NCBI GenBank assembly: GCA_964475595.1
Contig: CAYYXG010000003.1
Coordinates: forward strand, 42,420 to 106,419
Direction of reading: 5' to 3'
Origin: an uncultured Flavobacteriaceae bacterium
GTDB lineage: Bacteria; Bacteroidota; Bacteroidia; NS11-12g; UBA955
Length of the DNA stretch: 64,000 nucleotides
The position numbers were made by a program, and so were the translations under genes. Below are positions 30,788 through 40,417 of this stretch, piece by piece (the first letter of the stretch is position 1; each line of letters starts with the position of its first letter). The notes under the pieces were generated by a model. The model searched no databases. It was not told where the DNA came from and saw only the letters and a list, made by a program, of their open reading frames with translations.

Positions 30788-32218
30788 CTAATCCACAAAC
30801 GTCACCTTAATGGTATTGGTACGTTGTTTTTTGTGAATAGGCATGCTGGCACAATTGATTACACAATCACCGGGCTTCACTATACCTTCCTGTTTGAGTA
30901 CATCGGTCACATCCTGAAAAGTTTGGTCTGTGCTCACATATTCATCGTAGAAAAACCCGCGAACCCCCCATACCAGACTTAGTCGGGTTAAAAGACTTGC
31001 GTTATCGGTAAAGATGAACACACTAGCCTTTGGCCGGTAACTGGCCACCCTAAAGCCGGTGTACCCGGATCTGGTCATGGCAACAATGGCTTTGGCCTCT
31101 AAATGATCGCTCATGCGCACAGCGGTAAAGCAGACTTCATCGCTTGAAAATGAGGGAGAGGAGTTATTGGGCTTTTTGCCTTTAAAATAAACCCGCTTGT
31201 CCTCTTCCACATCCGTAATGATGCTGCTCATCACTTCTACAACCCTCACAGGATACTTTCCAACTCCAGTCTCGGCACTTAGCATTACTGCATCTGCACC
31301 ATCCAGAACGGCATTGGCAACATCGTTGATTTCTGCGCGGGTAGGCATGCTGTCATGAATCATGCTTTCCATCATCTGGGTGGCTATAATTACCGGTTTT
31401 GCGGCCTGAATACACTTTTCTACAATAGACTTTTGAATGAGCGGAACACGTTGCAAGGGCAACTCAACACCCAAATCTCCCCGAGCAACCATAATCGCAT
31501 CAGAAACTTTGATGATTTCTTTGATGTTTTCTACGGCTTCTGGCTTTTCAATTTTGGCTATTACCCGGGTGTCTTTTTCATGCATCCCTATAATTTGCTT
31601 CAATTCCAGAATATCCTCAGCCCTTCTCACGAAAGATAGTGCTATCCAGTCAACATTTTGCTGCAGACCAAACTCCAGATCTTTGAGGTCTTTCTCCGTT
31701 AAACAGGGAACTTTTAACTGGGTTTCCGGCAAATTGAATCCTTTGTTAGATGTGAGCGTTCCCCCAACTACAACGGCTGCTTTCAGTCGTTTATCATCCA
31801 GAATTTCCGTTACTTTCAATTCAACTTTACCGTCATTCAAAAGAATCCGCTCACCCGGCTTGGCATCGAGCGCCAGTCTGGCATAGCTTACAAATAAAGT
31901 TTCGGTGGTAGATACACATTCTTCTGTGGTTACTGTGATAATTTGCCCATCGATGAGCTGAATTTCTCCGTCAACTTTGCCAATACGTAATTTGGGTCCC
32001 TGTAAATCCATGAGAATGGAAACATGCGTACCCAGCTCTTTATTGATTTTACGGATGCGCTCAATAACCAGAAGGTGCGCATCATGTGAACCATGCGAAA
32101 AATTAAGTCGGCATACATCCACACCGGCTTGAATAATTCTTTTTAATACATCTTCATCCTGGGTGGCGGGGCCAATGGTAGCAACTATTTTGGTTTTATT
32201 GAATAATCCTCTGTTCAT
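30788..32218 (-). CDS. pyk: Pyruvate kinase
   Basis: 476 aa. TKIVATIGPAT, MVARGDLGVE, C-terminal regulatory domain. Unambiguous. Confidence 0.95.
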   Translation of the reverse strand: MNRGLFNKTKIVATIGPATQDEDVLKRIIQAGVDVCRLNFSHGSHDAHLLVIERIRKINKELGTHVSILMDLQGPKLRIGKVDGEIQLIDGQIITVTTEECVSTTETLFVSYARLALDAKPGERILLNDGKVELKVTEILDDKRLKAAVVVGGTLTSNKGFNLPETQLKVPCLTEKDLKDLEFGLQQNVDWIALSFVRRAEDILELKQIIGMHEKDTRVIAKIEKPEAVENIKEIIKVSDAIMVARGDLGVELPLQRVPLIQKSIVEKCIQAAKPVIIATQMMESMIHDSMPTRAEINDVANAVLDGADAVMLSAETGVGKYPVRVVEVMSSIITDVEEDKRVYFKGKKPNNSSPSFSSDEVCFTAVRMSDHLEAKAIVAMTRSGYTGFRVASYRPKASVFIFTDNASLLTRLSLVWGVRGFFYDEYVSTDQTFQDVTDVLKQEGIVKPGDCVINCASMPIHKKQRTNTIKVTFVD

Positions 32219-32676
32219 CTTTCTTCTTCTTTCTCATTAGATTTCCTATCGGCGAGATACGAAACCCATGTTAGTTTCTTTTTTTCTTTATCATTTATGT
32301 CGTAAACCAGCGTCATACCTGGAATAGACTTTAGTTTTTCGGTCCAATCTGCACCTGCGGTTTCATCTTCACCACCCCGCCCAATCAGTAACATATCCGG
32401 CTGAGGTTTCACGTTTAATAATGAGTTTTGGGTCCCGGTGTTTTCCAAAAGCCACCATTCCGTGTCAAACTCTTCTTCGCGAAAATAATACTGAGTGTGT
32501 TCAGATGACACTTTTTTAACAACAAAACCAAAAGTAAAAGGCAATAAGGAAAACTTCGTACCCATGATTCTGTCTATCTGCCAGGCCATTATCGCAGGTG
32601 GCAATGCGGTATGAATGGCTATTGCCCGGAACGTAATGTCGTCGAAATCAAAGTCTAAATATTCCTTTTTTGGCAT
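32215..32676 (-). CDS. Conserved hypothetical protein (possibly the Bacteroidota IPExxxVDY-type family)
   Basis: 153 aa. 4-bp overlap with the pyk start. Contains IPGMTLVYDI near the C-terminus. The family name is a tentative recollection. Confidence 0.5.
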   Translation of the reverse strand: MPKKEYLDFDFDDITFRAIAIHTALPPAIMAWQIDRIMGTKFSLLPFTFGFVVKKVSSEHTQYYFREEEFDTEWWLLENTGTQNSLLNVKPQPDMLLIGRGGEDETAGADWTEKLKSIPGMTLVYDINDKEKKKLTWVSYLADRKSNEKEEER

Positions 32677-32761
32677 AAAGCTTTGGCAAAATTAACGAGC
32701 GAATACCTTGGTATGTGAAAAATTGTTTTATTTTGCACCGCAAATCCAAACAAAAAAGAAC

Positions 32762-32998
32762 ATGTCAGAAATCGCAACCAAAGTTAAAGCTATCATCGTA
32801 GATAAGCTTAGCGTAGAAGAATCAGAAGTAACCAACGAAGCCAGTTTCACCAACGATCTGGGTGCTGACTCATTGGACACCGTAGAACTGATTATGGAAT
32901 TCGAAAAAGAATTCGATATCAGCATTCCCGATGATCAGGCTGAAAAAATTCAGACTGTGGGCGAAGCCATTCGTTACATCGAAGAAAACAAAAAGTAA
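32762..32998 (+). CDS. acpP: Acyl carrier protein
   Basis: The start is most likely the internal ATG at 32762 ([16 protein letters not shown]). The 4'-phosphopantetheine site is [12 protein letters not shown]. Confidence 0.95.
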   Translation: MSEIATKVKAIIVDKLSVEESEVTNEASFTNDLGADSLDTVELIMEFEKEFDISIPDDQAEKIQTVGEAIRYIEENKK

Positions 32999-33003
32999 AT
33001 CGC

Positions 33004-34257
33004 ATGCAACTCAGAAGGGTTGTTGTAACCGGCATGGGGGCACTTACACCGGTCGGTAACACGCTTAGCGAATATTGGAATGGCTTACTGAACGGAGTTT
33101 CGGGTGCTGCACCTATTACTCGCTTTGATACCACATTGTTTAAGGTTCGCTTTGCTTGCGAAGTGAAAAACTTTGATATTACCCAGTTTATGGACCGAAA
33201 AGAGGCCCGTAAAATGGATCCATTCACCCATTATGGAATTGTGGTAGCCGATGAGGCCATTCAGGACTCAGGCCTGTTACAACAATCTTTTAACCCCGAT
33301 CGCGTTGGCGTCATCTGGGGTTCGGGAATCGGCGGACTCACCACATTTTTTAATGAGGTAGTCGATTATGCCAAAGGAGACGGTACACCACGGTTTTCTC
33401 CTTTCTTTATTCCCAAAATGATTATTGATATTGCCTCGGGCTATATCAGTATCAAACATGGATTCCGTGGTCCTAATTATGCCACAGTTTCCGCCTGCGC
33501 TACCGGCACACACAGCATTATTGATGCATTTAACCTGATCCGTCTCGGAAAAGCCGATGTGATGGTAACCGGCGGTAGTGAAGCATGTGTAAACGAACCT
33601 GCCATGGGCGGTTTTAGCAACATGAAGGCGCTTTCTGAAAGAAATGATGACTTTTCTACCGCGTCAAGACCTTTTGACAAAGATCGTGATGGTTTTGTGC
33701 TGGGTGAAGGTGGTGCTGCCATCATTCTGGAAGATCTGGAGCATGCTAAAGCCCGCGGGGCGAAAATCTATGCAGAGCTGGTGGGCGGCGGCATGACTGC
33801 CGATGCCTATCACATAACTGCACCCCATCCTGAGGGCTTGGGAGCCAGAAATGTGATGAAACAAGCCCTGGAAGATGCGCATCTAACCCCTGAAGATATT
33901 GATTATATCAATGTTCATGGCACCAGTACTCCATTGGGCGATATAGCCGAAACAAAGGCCATATTAGGGGTGTTTGGAAATCATTCTTACAACCTTAACA
34001 TCAGCAGTACCAAAAGTATGACCGGTCACCTGTTGGGGGGCGCCGGTGCCATTGAAGCCGTCGCTTCTATCATGGCTGTAAAAGAAGGCATTGTGCCACC
34101 TACCATCAATCACTTTACGGATGATCCGGATATTGATGCCGGTTTGAATCTCACCTTTCATAAACCTCAAAAACGAGAAGTGCGCGCCGCGTTGAGCAAT
34201 ACATTTGGTTTCGGCGGTCACAACGCTTCTGTGATCTTTAAGCAATACCAAGACTGA
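33004..34257 (+). CDS. fabF: 3-oxoacyl-ACP synthase II
   Basis: 417 aa. Active-site ATVSACATGTHSI, His motifs NVHGTSTPLGD and GHLLGGAGAIE. 5 bp after acpP. Confidence 0.95.
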   Translation: MQLRRVVVTGMGALTPVGNTLSEYWNGLLNGVSGAAPITRFDTTLFKVRFACEVKNFDITQFMDRKEARKMDPFTHYGIVVADEAIQDSGLLQQSFNPDRVGVIWGSGIGGLTTFFNEVVDYAKGDGTPRFSPFFIPKMIIDIASGYISIKHGFRGPNYATVSACATGTHSIIDAFNLIRLGKADVMVTGGSEACVNEPAMGGFSNMKALSERNDDFSTASRPFDKDRDGFVLGEGGAAIILEDLEHAKARGAKIYAELVGGGMTADAYHITAPHPEGLGARNVMKQALEDAHLTPEDIDYINVHGTSTPLGDIAETKAILGVFGNHSYNLNISSTKSMTGHLLGGAGAIEAVASIMAVKEGIVPPTINHFTDDPDIDAGLNLTFHKPQKREVRAALSNTFGFGGHNASVIFKQYQD

Positions 34258-34265
34258 TCTAACGG

Positions 34266-34991
34266 TTGGCATTACGTCTTTTTTCATCCTCAGAATCTCA
34301 AAGATTTTCAGATCAAATTTTTAGGCTTACCGGCCTAAGACCCAGAAGACGTGCGATTTATCGTGAAGCCCTCCGGCATTCATCCGTGAATACATCCGAT
34401 AAATCATACAATGGTGCACCGGACAATGAACGGTTGGAGTTTCTGGGTGATGCAATTCTCGATGCGGTGGTAGCCGAAATGCTGTTCATGCGCTATCCGG
34501 CAAAGCAGGAGGGTTTTTTAACAGAGATGCGCATGCGCGTGGTAAACAGAGAGCAAATGGGTTACCTGGCAAATCGATTGGGATTGGTGCAAATGATGGA
34601 CATAAAACCGGAATTGTTAAAACATGCTTCTGCTGTACACTCCATAGCCGGAAATGCACTGGAAGCCTTGATTGGCGCTGTGTACCTGGACCACGGATAT
34701 GCAAAAGCCAGAATTTTTATTACCCAAAGACTCATCGGTCAATATCTTGATCTCGAAAAACTGATGACCACCACCATCAGCTATAAAGCGGTGTTGCTAA
34801 AGTGGGCCCAGCAGCAAAAAAAGACGGTTTCATGGTCGCATACATCAGAACCCCATGGCAGAAAAGAATTGCATGTGGTTTCGGTTCTTATTGATGAACA
34901 GGTAATCGCTACCAATAAAAACCTGAGCCGCAAAAAAGCAGAAGAATTATGCTGCGAAAAGGCCTGTAAGGCACTACAGATTCAAGATTAA
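34266..34991 (+). CDS. rnc: Ribonuclease III
   Basis: 241 aa. RNase III signature ERLEFLGDAILD, C-terminal dsRBD. Confidence 0.95.
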   Translation: MALRLFSSSESQRFSDQIFRLTGLRPRRRAIYREALRHSSVNTSDKSYNGAPDNERLEFLGDAILDAVVAEMLFMRYPAKQEGFLTEMRMRVVNREQMGYLANRLGLVQMMDIKPELLKHASAVHSIAGNALEALIGAVYLDHGYAKARIFITQRLIGQYLDLEKLMTTTISYKAVLLKWAQQQKKTVSWSHTSEPHGRKELHVVSVLIDEQVIATNKNLSRKKAEELCCEKACKALQIQD

Positions 34992-37900
34992 ACTTCGTCC
35001 TCAGTTGCCGGTTCAGGCAGTATGGATTGTCCGGTAGACTTGGCAAACTGACACCATTCACAGTCCTCGCTTCCACAACCTTTCAAAAATTCCATACTCC
35101 GTAGTTTTTGATTGCCTGCAATCAAATAATCCTTCAGCAATGCCAGGTCTTCGCTGTTGTAATATTGGGTATAGGTAGGAAATTCCTTTTTCTCGTTCTG
35201 TTCCACAGAATCAATTTTGGCTGCTACCGCATTCCATTTTTTTTCCGTGTAATGATTGACTATCAGCATGTAAATACCCAACTGGAACCAATATTTTGGA
35301 GGTAATTTCCCTTTTATCAGACTGTCCTGTGTGGGTGGTTTAAAGGAAATTTCAGCATTTTCAGGTTTTCCTGTTTTATAGTCCACAATCGTAACATCGC
35401 CATTTTCAATGATGATTTTATCGGCTTTACCGCCAATTTTAATCCCATCAATGCTGGATTCCAGCCATTTTTCCAGGATAATCTCTTTGTCTTTGTAGGT
35501 TTTCCAGATGTTGAGTCTTGCCTGATGATACTGGGGCAACCTTTCGCGTCCCTGATCCATTTTTAGCTGGAAACCTGTTGGCGTAAAGGCCCCACGTTGC
35601 TTGAAGAGTTCAGTTTCAAATAATTCCAGAAACGACTTTTCATCCATCCACTCGTTTTTAGCGTATCCTTTTTCTACAATTTTCCATAGCGTATTGTGCA
35701 CCGCAGATCCGTAGCCCAGCGCAGCACTGGGAGCTGAGGGAACCCTTACCATGCGGCCGAAATAGAAGCGAAGTCCGCAATCCAGAATATCGTACAGTGT
35801 AGATGGAGAAAAGGTGAATTCCTGCAACTGCAGATTCAGCCATTCGGAATCCTCAATTTTTAGCAGTGGTGGAGCTACCCTGGAGAGCAATTGATATTCA
35901 GCCAGTAAGAGATCATCCTTGTTCAGTTCAGTCTCTTCACATTCATTTTTACCCAATAGCTCCTGCAGAAATTTACTCTTTTTCTGCATGGTGGTTTTGG
36001 CACTGATCTTTTCATTTCCCCAGCTTAGGCGCAGGGTTTCTTTGGCACGGGTCATGGCCACATAAAACAGTCTGCGTCGTTCTTCCTTATCAGCATCCTC
36101 CTCGCTCGGGTCCTTCACGTTGTGCTTTAGTCCTTGAAAAAATGGTTTTATTTTGTAAGGAAGTGCACTGTTTCGGTCTTTGTCCCACGCTTCTTCTTCG
36201 CAGCCCATAATAAATACATGTTTAAACTCCAGCCCCTTACTGCTGTGTGCGGTAGTTAACACCACACCCGATTTACTGCCAATTCGTTTCTCGATACGAA
36301 TGGCAATCTCGTTGCGTTTCATTTTGTCAAGTGACTCCATGTACTGGGTAAGGGTTAAATATGGATTTTTTTGATTGGCGGCAATTGCATGACTTAAGAA
36401 TGTATGCAGTTGCTCCATATACCATTCCCGCTGTTCACTTTGCATGGCCATTTTTAAAAAACCACCCTGAGAAATCACATCTTGAATCAACTGAGGTACG
36501 GTCATTCCGGCAGCTTTTTTAAGCCATTCTTCCACCTGATTCCATAACACTCTCAATGCTTCGCGACTTTCTTTTCCTGCAGGTGCCGGTTCCGGATTAA
36601 GTTTTATGTATTCATTGAGAAAATCACGCCATTTGAGCTTTTCATGTCGCCTTGCATAAATTTCTGTGGCAATTTTTGAAACTTCAAAAGGGGCAATTTC
36701 ATACAGCGGGTAATGCAATAAGGTATAAATGAGATGTTCCCCTTTGTGCGCCACTTCCAGCTCCCAGGCAAGGTACTGAAGCCAGTTTTGCAATTGTATA
36801 ATCAGCGACTCCTGCAGAATGTCGGCACTTCTAGCTAGTGTAAATGGTATTTCCCTTTGCAGGAGCATCTCGGACAGTTCATCTGCAATTTTATGTTTTG
36901 GATAAATGACCGCAATTTCGTCAGGCGGACATCCGGCATCCTTGAGTGCCGCAATTTGGTTGCAGATAGACAGGGCTTCATGAAACCTGTTTTTTAAGGC
37001 GGTATATTGAATTGGGATTGGGGCAAATTGACGATTGGAACCCGATGCAGCCAAGTCTTTGCTTAATTCCGGAAATGAATTTACCAGCCGCTTCTTGTTG
37101 TTTTCAATGAGTTGTTTTGCACCGTCCAGTATGATTTGCGTGCTCCGATAGTTGCGGGTGAGCACAATTTTGGTGATATTTTTTTCATATCGGCCGGCAA
37201 AATCCATCATATTGCTCACCCTGGCCCCCTGAAAAGCATAGATGCTTTGGTCGTCATCACCCACTACAAAACAATTGGGATTGTCTTCCCAAAAAGAAAT
37301 CAACTGATATAATAGTTCATTTTGGATGCCCGAGGTGTCCTGGTATTCATCCACCAGCACATACTGATACTTTTCCTGGTAGGTTAGCAATAAATCAGGG
37401 TGTGTTTTAAATGCAGTTAAAACCCATTGAAGCATATCGCTGAACTCATAGAGTCCCGCATCCTTTTTCATTTGCTGATATTGGGGGAACAACGCTGCTG
37501 CCTCGCGCAGTTTTTGCCATTCTTGCACATGTTTCTCATAATCTTTGCGTTTAATTTCGCCTTTGCTTCCACCCGCTACTGTTTTTTGATACACAAAACC
37601 CGGGAATGCTGTTTTAAACGCTTCCTCATCAACCAGTTGGTCTATGCCTTTTTCAAAAAAAGATACGTCCAGGTTTTCGCTCTGCATCAGGTTGAAGACT
37701 TTTTCCAGTGATTTTCTCAAATAATAGGGCTGTTCCTGAAAGTTTTGGAGCGGTGATCCCGAAGGAATGGTCCTGATTAGGTTATACATCAGTTCCAGTT
37801 TATCCAGATCATCCATTACCCTCAGATTGCCTTTGGAAAACAATTCAGGATTTTCTTTGATAATGGTATTGCAAAGACCATGGAATGTATGAATGTTTAC

Positions 37901-38158
37901 ATGGTAGGCATCGGCTCCCATAAACTTGCTCAGGCGATTGAGCATAGCTGTTGAACCCGCATCGGTGTATGTTAAACACAGAATTTCCTGTGGTTTGGCA
38001 TCTGCCTGTTTCAGAATGTTGAGAATTCTAACGGCCAAGATCTGTGTTTTACCTGTTCCGGGACCGGCAATTACCATAACCGGGCCTTCGATGGTGTCTA
38101 CTGCAAGTTGCTGTTCAGCGTTTAAAGATTGATAAAGTGATTGAAAATCAGCGTTCAT
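34988..38158 (-). CDS. UvrD/Rep-family ATP-dependent DNA helicase fused to C-terminal PD-(D/E)XK (Cas4/RecB-like, Fe-S) nuclease; AddA-like single-chain enzyme
   Basis: 1056 aa. Walker A AGPGTGKTQ. UvrD motifs (VDEYQDTS, TRNYRS, TAHSSKGLEF). C-terminal nuclease core (IVDYKTGKP...QLGIY) followed by the cysteine cluster GCGSEDCEWCQF. Confidence 0.85.
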   Translation of the reverse strand: MNADFQSLYQSLNAEQQLAVDTIEGPVMVIAGPGTGKTQILAVRILNILKQADAKPQEILCLTYTDAGSTAMLNRLSKFMGADAYHVNIHTFHGLCNTIIKENPELFSKGNLRVMDDLDKLELMYNLIRTIPSGSPLQNFQEQPYYLRKSLEKVFNLMQSENLDVSFFEKGIDQLVDEEAFKTAFPGFVYQKTVAGGSKGEIKRKDYEKHVQEWQKLREAAALFPQYQQMKKDAGLYEFSDMLQWVLTAFKTHPDLLLTYQEKYQYVLVDEYQDTSGIQNELLYQLISFWEDNPNCFVVGDDDQSIYAFQGARVSNMMDFAGRYEKNITKIVLTRNYRSTQIILDGAKQLIENNKKRLVNSFPELSKDLAASGSNRQFAPIPIQYTALKNRFHEALSICNQIAALKDAGCPPDEIAVIYPKHKIADELSEMLLQREIPFTLARSADILQESLIIQLQNWLQYLAWELEVAHKGEHLIYTLLHYPLYEIAPFEVSKIATEIYARRHEKLKWRDFLNEYIKLNPEPAPAGKESREALRVLWNQVEEWLKKAAGMTVPQLIQDVISQGGFLKMAMQSEQREWYMEQLHTFLSHAIAANQKNPYLTLTQYMESLDKMKRNEIAIRIEKRIGSKSGVVLTTAHSSKGLEFKHVFIMGCEEEAWDKDRNSALPYKIKPFFQGLKHNVKDPSEEDADKEERRRLFYVAMTRAKETLRLSWGNEKISAKTTMQKKSKFLQELLGKNECEETELNKDDLLLAEYQLLSRVAPPLLKIEDSEWLNLQLQEFTFSPSTLYDILDCGLRFYFGRMVRVPSAPSAALGYGSAVHNTLWKIVEKGYAKNEWMDEKSFLELFETELFKQRGAFTPTGFQLKMDQGRERLPQYHQARLNIWKTYKDKEIILEKWLESSIDGIKIGGKADKIIIENGDVTIVDYKTGKPENAEISFKPPTQDSLIKGKLPPKYWFQLGIYMLIVNHYTEKKWNAVAAKIDSVEQNEKKEFPTYTQYYNSEDLALLKDYLIAGNQKLRSMEFLKGCGSEDCEWCQFAKSTGQSILPEPATEDEV

Positions 38159-38246
38159 AAAGATTGTATAATTTTACAAGAAATATAATTAAAAAAAATG
38201 ACATTTCCAAATTAATTGAAATAAAAAATGGAATTTGTGAGGCCAT

Positions 38247-38858
38247 GTGTATAAAATGGTCCAAAAATTGAATATCAAAACCATGTCTGTGTTATTATTT
38301 TCGCAGAAGCCAATACTGATGGAAAACACCCGTGAACAATACAATGCCATTCTGCAGATTTGCAGAAATATTTTTGAGAAGAAAAATACGGATTATGGCA
38401 CTTCCTGGCGTGTTTTTCGTCCCCAAAGCATAACAGATCAGATCTTCATCAAGGCCCAAAGAATCAGAAATATTGAAACCAGCGGAAAGAATCTGGTGGG
38501 GGAAGACATACAGGGTGAGTTCATGGGCATAGTCAATTACAGCATTATTGCGCTGATTCAGCTGCAGTTGCTGGATGAAAACAGGGAAACCGGCGATGTT
38601 GGTGAAATCCTTGAGCTGTATGATTACCATGCCCGGCTGACCCGTGATTTGATGCTGATGAAAAATACCGATTATGGTGAAGCGTGGCGCGATATGAGGG
38701 TTAGTAGCTTCACCGATTTGATTTTGGTTAAAATTGCACGCATCAAGCAAATTGAAGACAATGCCGGCCAAACCATTGCCAGCGAGGGTGTATCGGCAAA
38801 TTATCAGGATATCATCAATTACGCTATTTTTGCTCTAATTAGAATGCAGGAACTATGA
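38247..38858 (+). CDS. DUF1599 domain protein (tandem all-alpha MazG/HisE-like repeats)
   Basis: Two internal repeats of KNTDYG..WR..R..S.TD.I..K..RI..IE. The true start may be the downstream MENTREQY at about 38319. 4-bp overlap with the next gene. Confidence 0.7.
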   Translation: MYKMVQKLNIKTMSVLLFSQKPILMENTREQYNAILQICRNIFEKKNTDYGTSWRVFRPQSITDQIFIKAQRIRNIETSGKNLVGEDIQGEFMGIVNYSIIALIQLQLLDENRETGDVGEILELYDYHARLTRDLMLMKNTDYGEAWRDMRVSSFTDLILVKIARIKQIEDNAGQTIASEGVSANYQDIINYAIFALIRMQEL

Positions 38859-40417
38859 GAATACCCGTTCAGATATCACGTGTTTTTACCGCTTTACTTT
38901 TCATTTTTTCCGGTATGGTAAAACTGAATGATCCCAGCGGTTTTTCTATTAAACTTAATGAATATTTTGATGTTTTTGCGGCTGATGTAGCCCAAAAGCA
39001 AGATTCAATTCACATACAACTTTTGGATGGTGCCACCGTACTGCAGCAGACCAGCTACCCATTGTTTAGTTCGGATAAAACCCAACCCTTGCAAATCAAT
39101 GTTAGCAGCGAGCCCATTGTTGTCGCTGATTCATTGGCTGAAACAGACAGAAGAAAGAAACGCAACCGCAAAACCTTCAACCTGAAACTAAATGCCACCT
39201 ACAAAGAGTTGCCGGCCGGTGAAATGGTGTTTCAACCTCAGGATTCCGGTGCCAAAGCCATGGCAGTGGTTCGCTGCGTGGTAGCCAATAAAACCATTTA
39301 TCAGAAAGATATCCATTTTGAAAGTAGCAACAGTGAAGTTTTTAAAGCCGACCTGCAACTGGAACCGTTTGTAAAAAAGGAAGGAGCCCTACATGGCTTT
39401 TTTCTGAGCATGAAGCAATACAGTTTGTATTTCTCAGTGGCATTCTGTGCCCTTGAGGTCATACTGGGTTTTGCCCTGTTGGTGGGCTGGAGTATATCAT
39501 TTACTGCCATATCCATGCTCTTGCTGATCGTGTTTTTTACATTTCTCACAGGGTATTCCTGGGTGTATAACAAAGTAACGGACTGCGGCTGTTTCGGAGA
39601 TTTTATTAAACTCAAACCCAAAGAATCATTCATCAAAGACTTGGTGCTTACCGGCCTGATTCTTATCATCGTTTTTGGTCGGTCATACATCAAACCCTGG
39701 TTTAGTAAAGGTTTTGGGTGGAAGTTTATGGGCGTAATTTCCCTGTTGTCAGTGGCTTTTGGCTGGTTGTGCTATTTATACTTGCCGGTTTGGGATTTCT
39801 TGCCTTATAAGCCAGGAAATGATATCCATAAAATCATGACGGAAATCCCCAAGGGCATGCGCTCTTCAGATAGCATTCAGATGCTGTTTGTGCTGGAAAA
39901 GGGAACAGACAGCATGAGCGTAACGACAAAAGAATACACCGCAGGATATGAGAAATTTGAAAAGGAGGGATGGAAATTTAGACGTAGAATCGATAAGGTT
40001 ATTGTGGAAGGATATAAGAGTCCGATTCATGATTTTGCCATATCCGATCCCCGCTCCGGAACCGACTTGAAAGACAGTTTCATTAGCAGTCAAGGATTTA
40101 AGCTGCTATGGGTGGTAACCTATACCGATAAAGTCTATAACGGGGCCAATCCGGAAATTAGTAAAATTTATCAATGGTCGAAAGGAAATGGTGTGGCGTT
40201 TTACCCCGTCACAGCAAGCAGTCCGGAGCCCGCTGCCGCCTATGTTAAAGAACAAAAACTGCCCTTTTTATTTCTATCTGCCGACCAAAAGATGTTGATG
40301 ACACTGGCTAGGTATAACCCTACTTTGTATTTGTTTAAAAATGCAGTAGTAGTAGAAAAATGGAGCGGTAGAAATTTGCCCACTGAGAAAAAACTGAAGA
40401 AACTGATTAGCCGATGA
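38855..40417 (+). CDS. DoxX/MauE-like membrane protein with C-terminal thioredoxin-like domain (BT_3928-family-like)
   Basis: 520 aa. N-terminal DoxX-like TM segment. Central TM block with the CGCFG motif characteristic of MauE/DoxX-like proteins. C-terminal soluble about 170 aa redoxin-like region. Confidence 0.65.
   Translation: MRIPVQISRVFTALLFIFSGMVKLNDPSGFSIKLNEYFDVFAADVAQKQDSIHIQLLDGATVLQQTSYPLFSSDKTQPLQINVSSEPIVVADSLAETDRRKKRNRKTFNLKLNATYKELPAGEMVFQPQDSGAKAMAVVRCVVANKTIYQKDIHFESSNSEVFKADLQLEPFVKKEGALHGFFLSMKQYSLYFSVAFCALEVILGFALLVGWSISFTAISMLLLIVFFTFLTGYSWVYNKVTDCGCFGDFIKLKPKESFIKDLVLTGLILIIVFGRSYIKPWFSKGFGWKFMGVISLLSVAFGWLCYLYLPVWDFLPYKPGNDIHKIMTEIPKGMRSSDSIQMLFVLEKGTDSMSVTTKEYTAGYEKFEKEGWKFRRRIDKVIVEGYKSPIHDFAISDPRSGTDLKDSFISSQGFKLLWVVTYTDKVYNGANPEISKIYQWSKGNGVAFYPVTASSPEPAAAYVKEQKLPFLFLSADQKMLMTLARYNPTLYLFKNAVVVEKWSGRNLPTEKKLKKLISR

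Noticed and set aside
32708-32761. N-terminal extension of acpP ([18 protein letters not shown])
   Set aside because: The extension is not ACP-like. The conserved ACP sequence begins at the internal Met at 32762, so the longer ORF start is probably spurious.
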